Assembly: GCA_963842525.1 (NCBI GenBank)
Contig: CAWJGT010000025.1
Location: 320,001-384,000, forward strand
Direction of reading: 5' to 3'
Source of the DNA: an uncultured Holophagales bacterium
GTDB lineage: Bacteria; Acidobacteriota; Thermoanaerobaculia; Multivoradales; UBA5704
Length of the DNA: 64,000 bases
The notes below the pieces were generated by a model that was given only the letters and a program-made list of their open reading frames with translations, did no database searches and was not told where the DNA came from. Shown here piece after piece: positions 63,930-64,000 of the stretch (position 1 is its first letter; each line of letters starts with the position of its first letter). A program made the translations under genes and the position numbers.

Positions 63930-64000
63930 CGATCGGCGAGTTTTTTTCAGGCGGGGGTGCGGGCGCTGCAGGACACCGGCGGGCCGCCGTGGGTCTTGCG

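Overview
GC-rich (roughly 70% by eye) bacterial chromosomal window. Gene content and repeat families suggest Acidobacteriota, probably Thermoanaerobaculia; this is inferred, not searched. Core genes: argS, pgk-tpiA-secG-tRNA-Leu(GAG), tsaD, sucA, maf, a TrmJ-type methylase, mobA, a cyclophilin and a cold-shock protein. Accessory content: a complete chemosensory operon (RR-GAF-cheD-cheA-MCP-cheW-cheR-cheB), an AtuA/enoyl-CoA hydratase cluster interrupted by a ~21-repeat Sel1/Hcp-like gene, two GWxTD-VWA paralogues, three ECF sigma factors and many REP-like palindromes. Single-base frameshifts occur in at least 8 genes, including essential argS, which suggests assembly indel errors. The most interesting signals are small and mostly absent from the ORF track. 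(1) Three 16-aa micropeptide genes MK/R-x-KANVKAGG plus a variable pentapeptide lie in two duplicated promoter-terminator cassettes at 63.4-63.9 kb. (2) A secreted peptide with two GxxxDPHG motifs sits next to a Zn-finger-anti-sigma/TPR protein, and both genes follow the same TGTCmCG-N18-ACT promoter-like motif. (3) There is an orphan 59-aa double-glycine, Cys/Ser/Thr-rich RiPP precursor. (4) A non-coding array has exact 21-bp then inverted 42-bp phasing. (5) An Rpn-like gene has lost its nuclease core but kept an independently translatable C-terminal domain.
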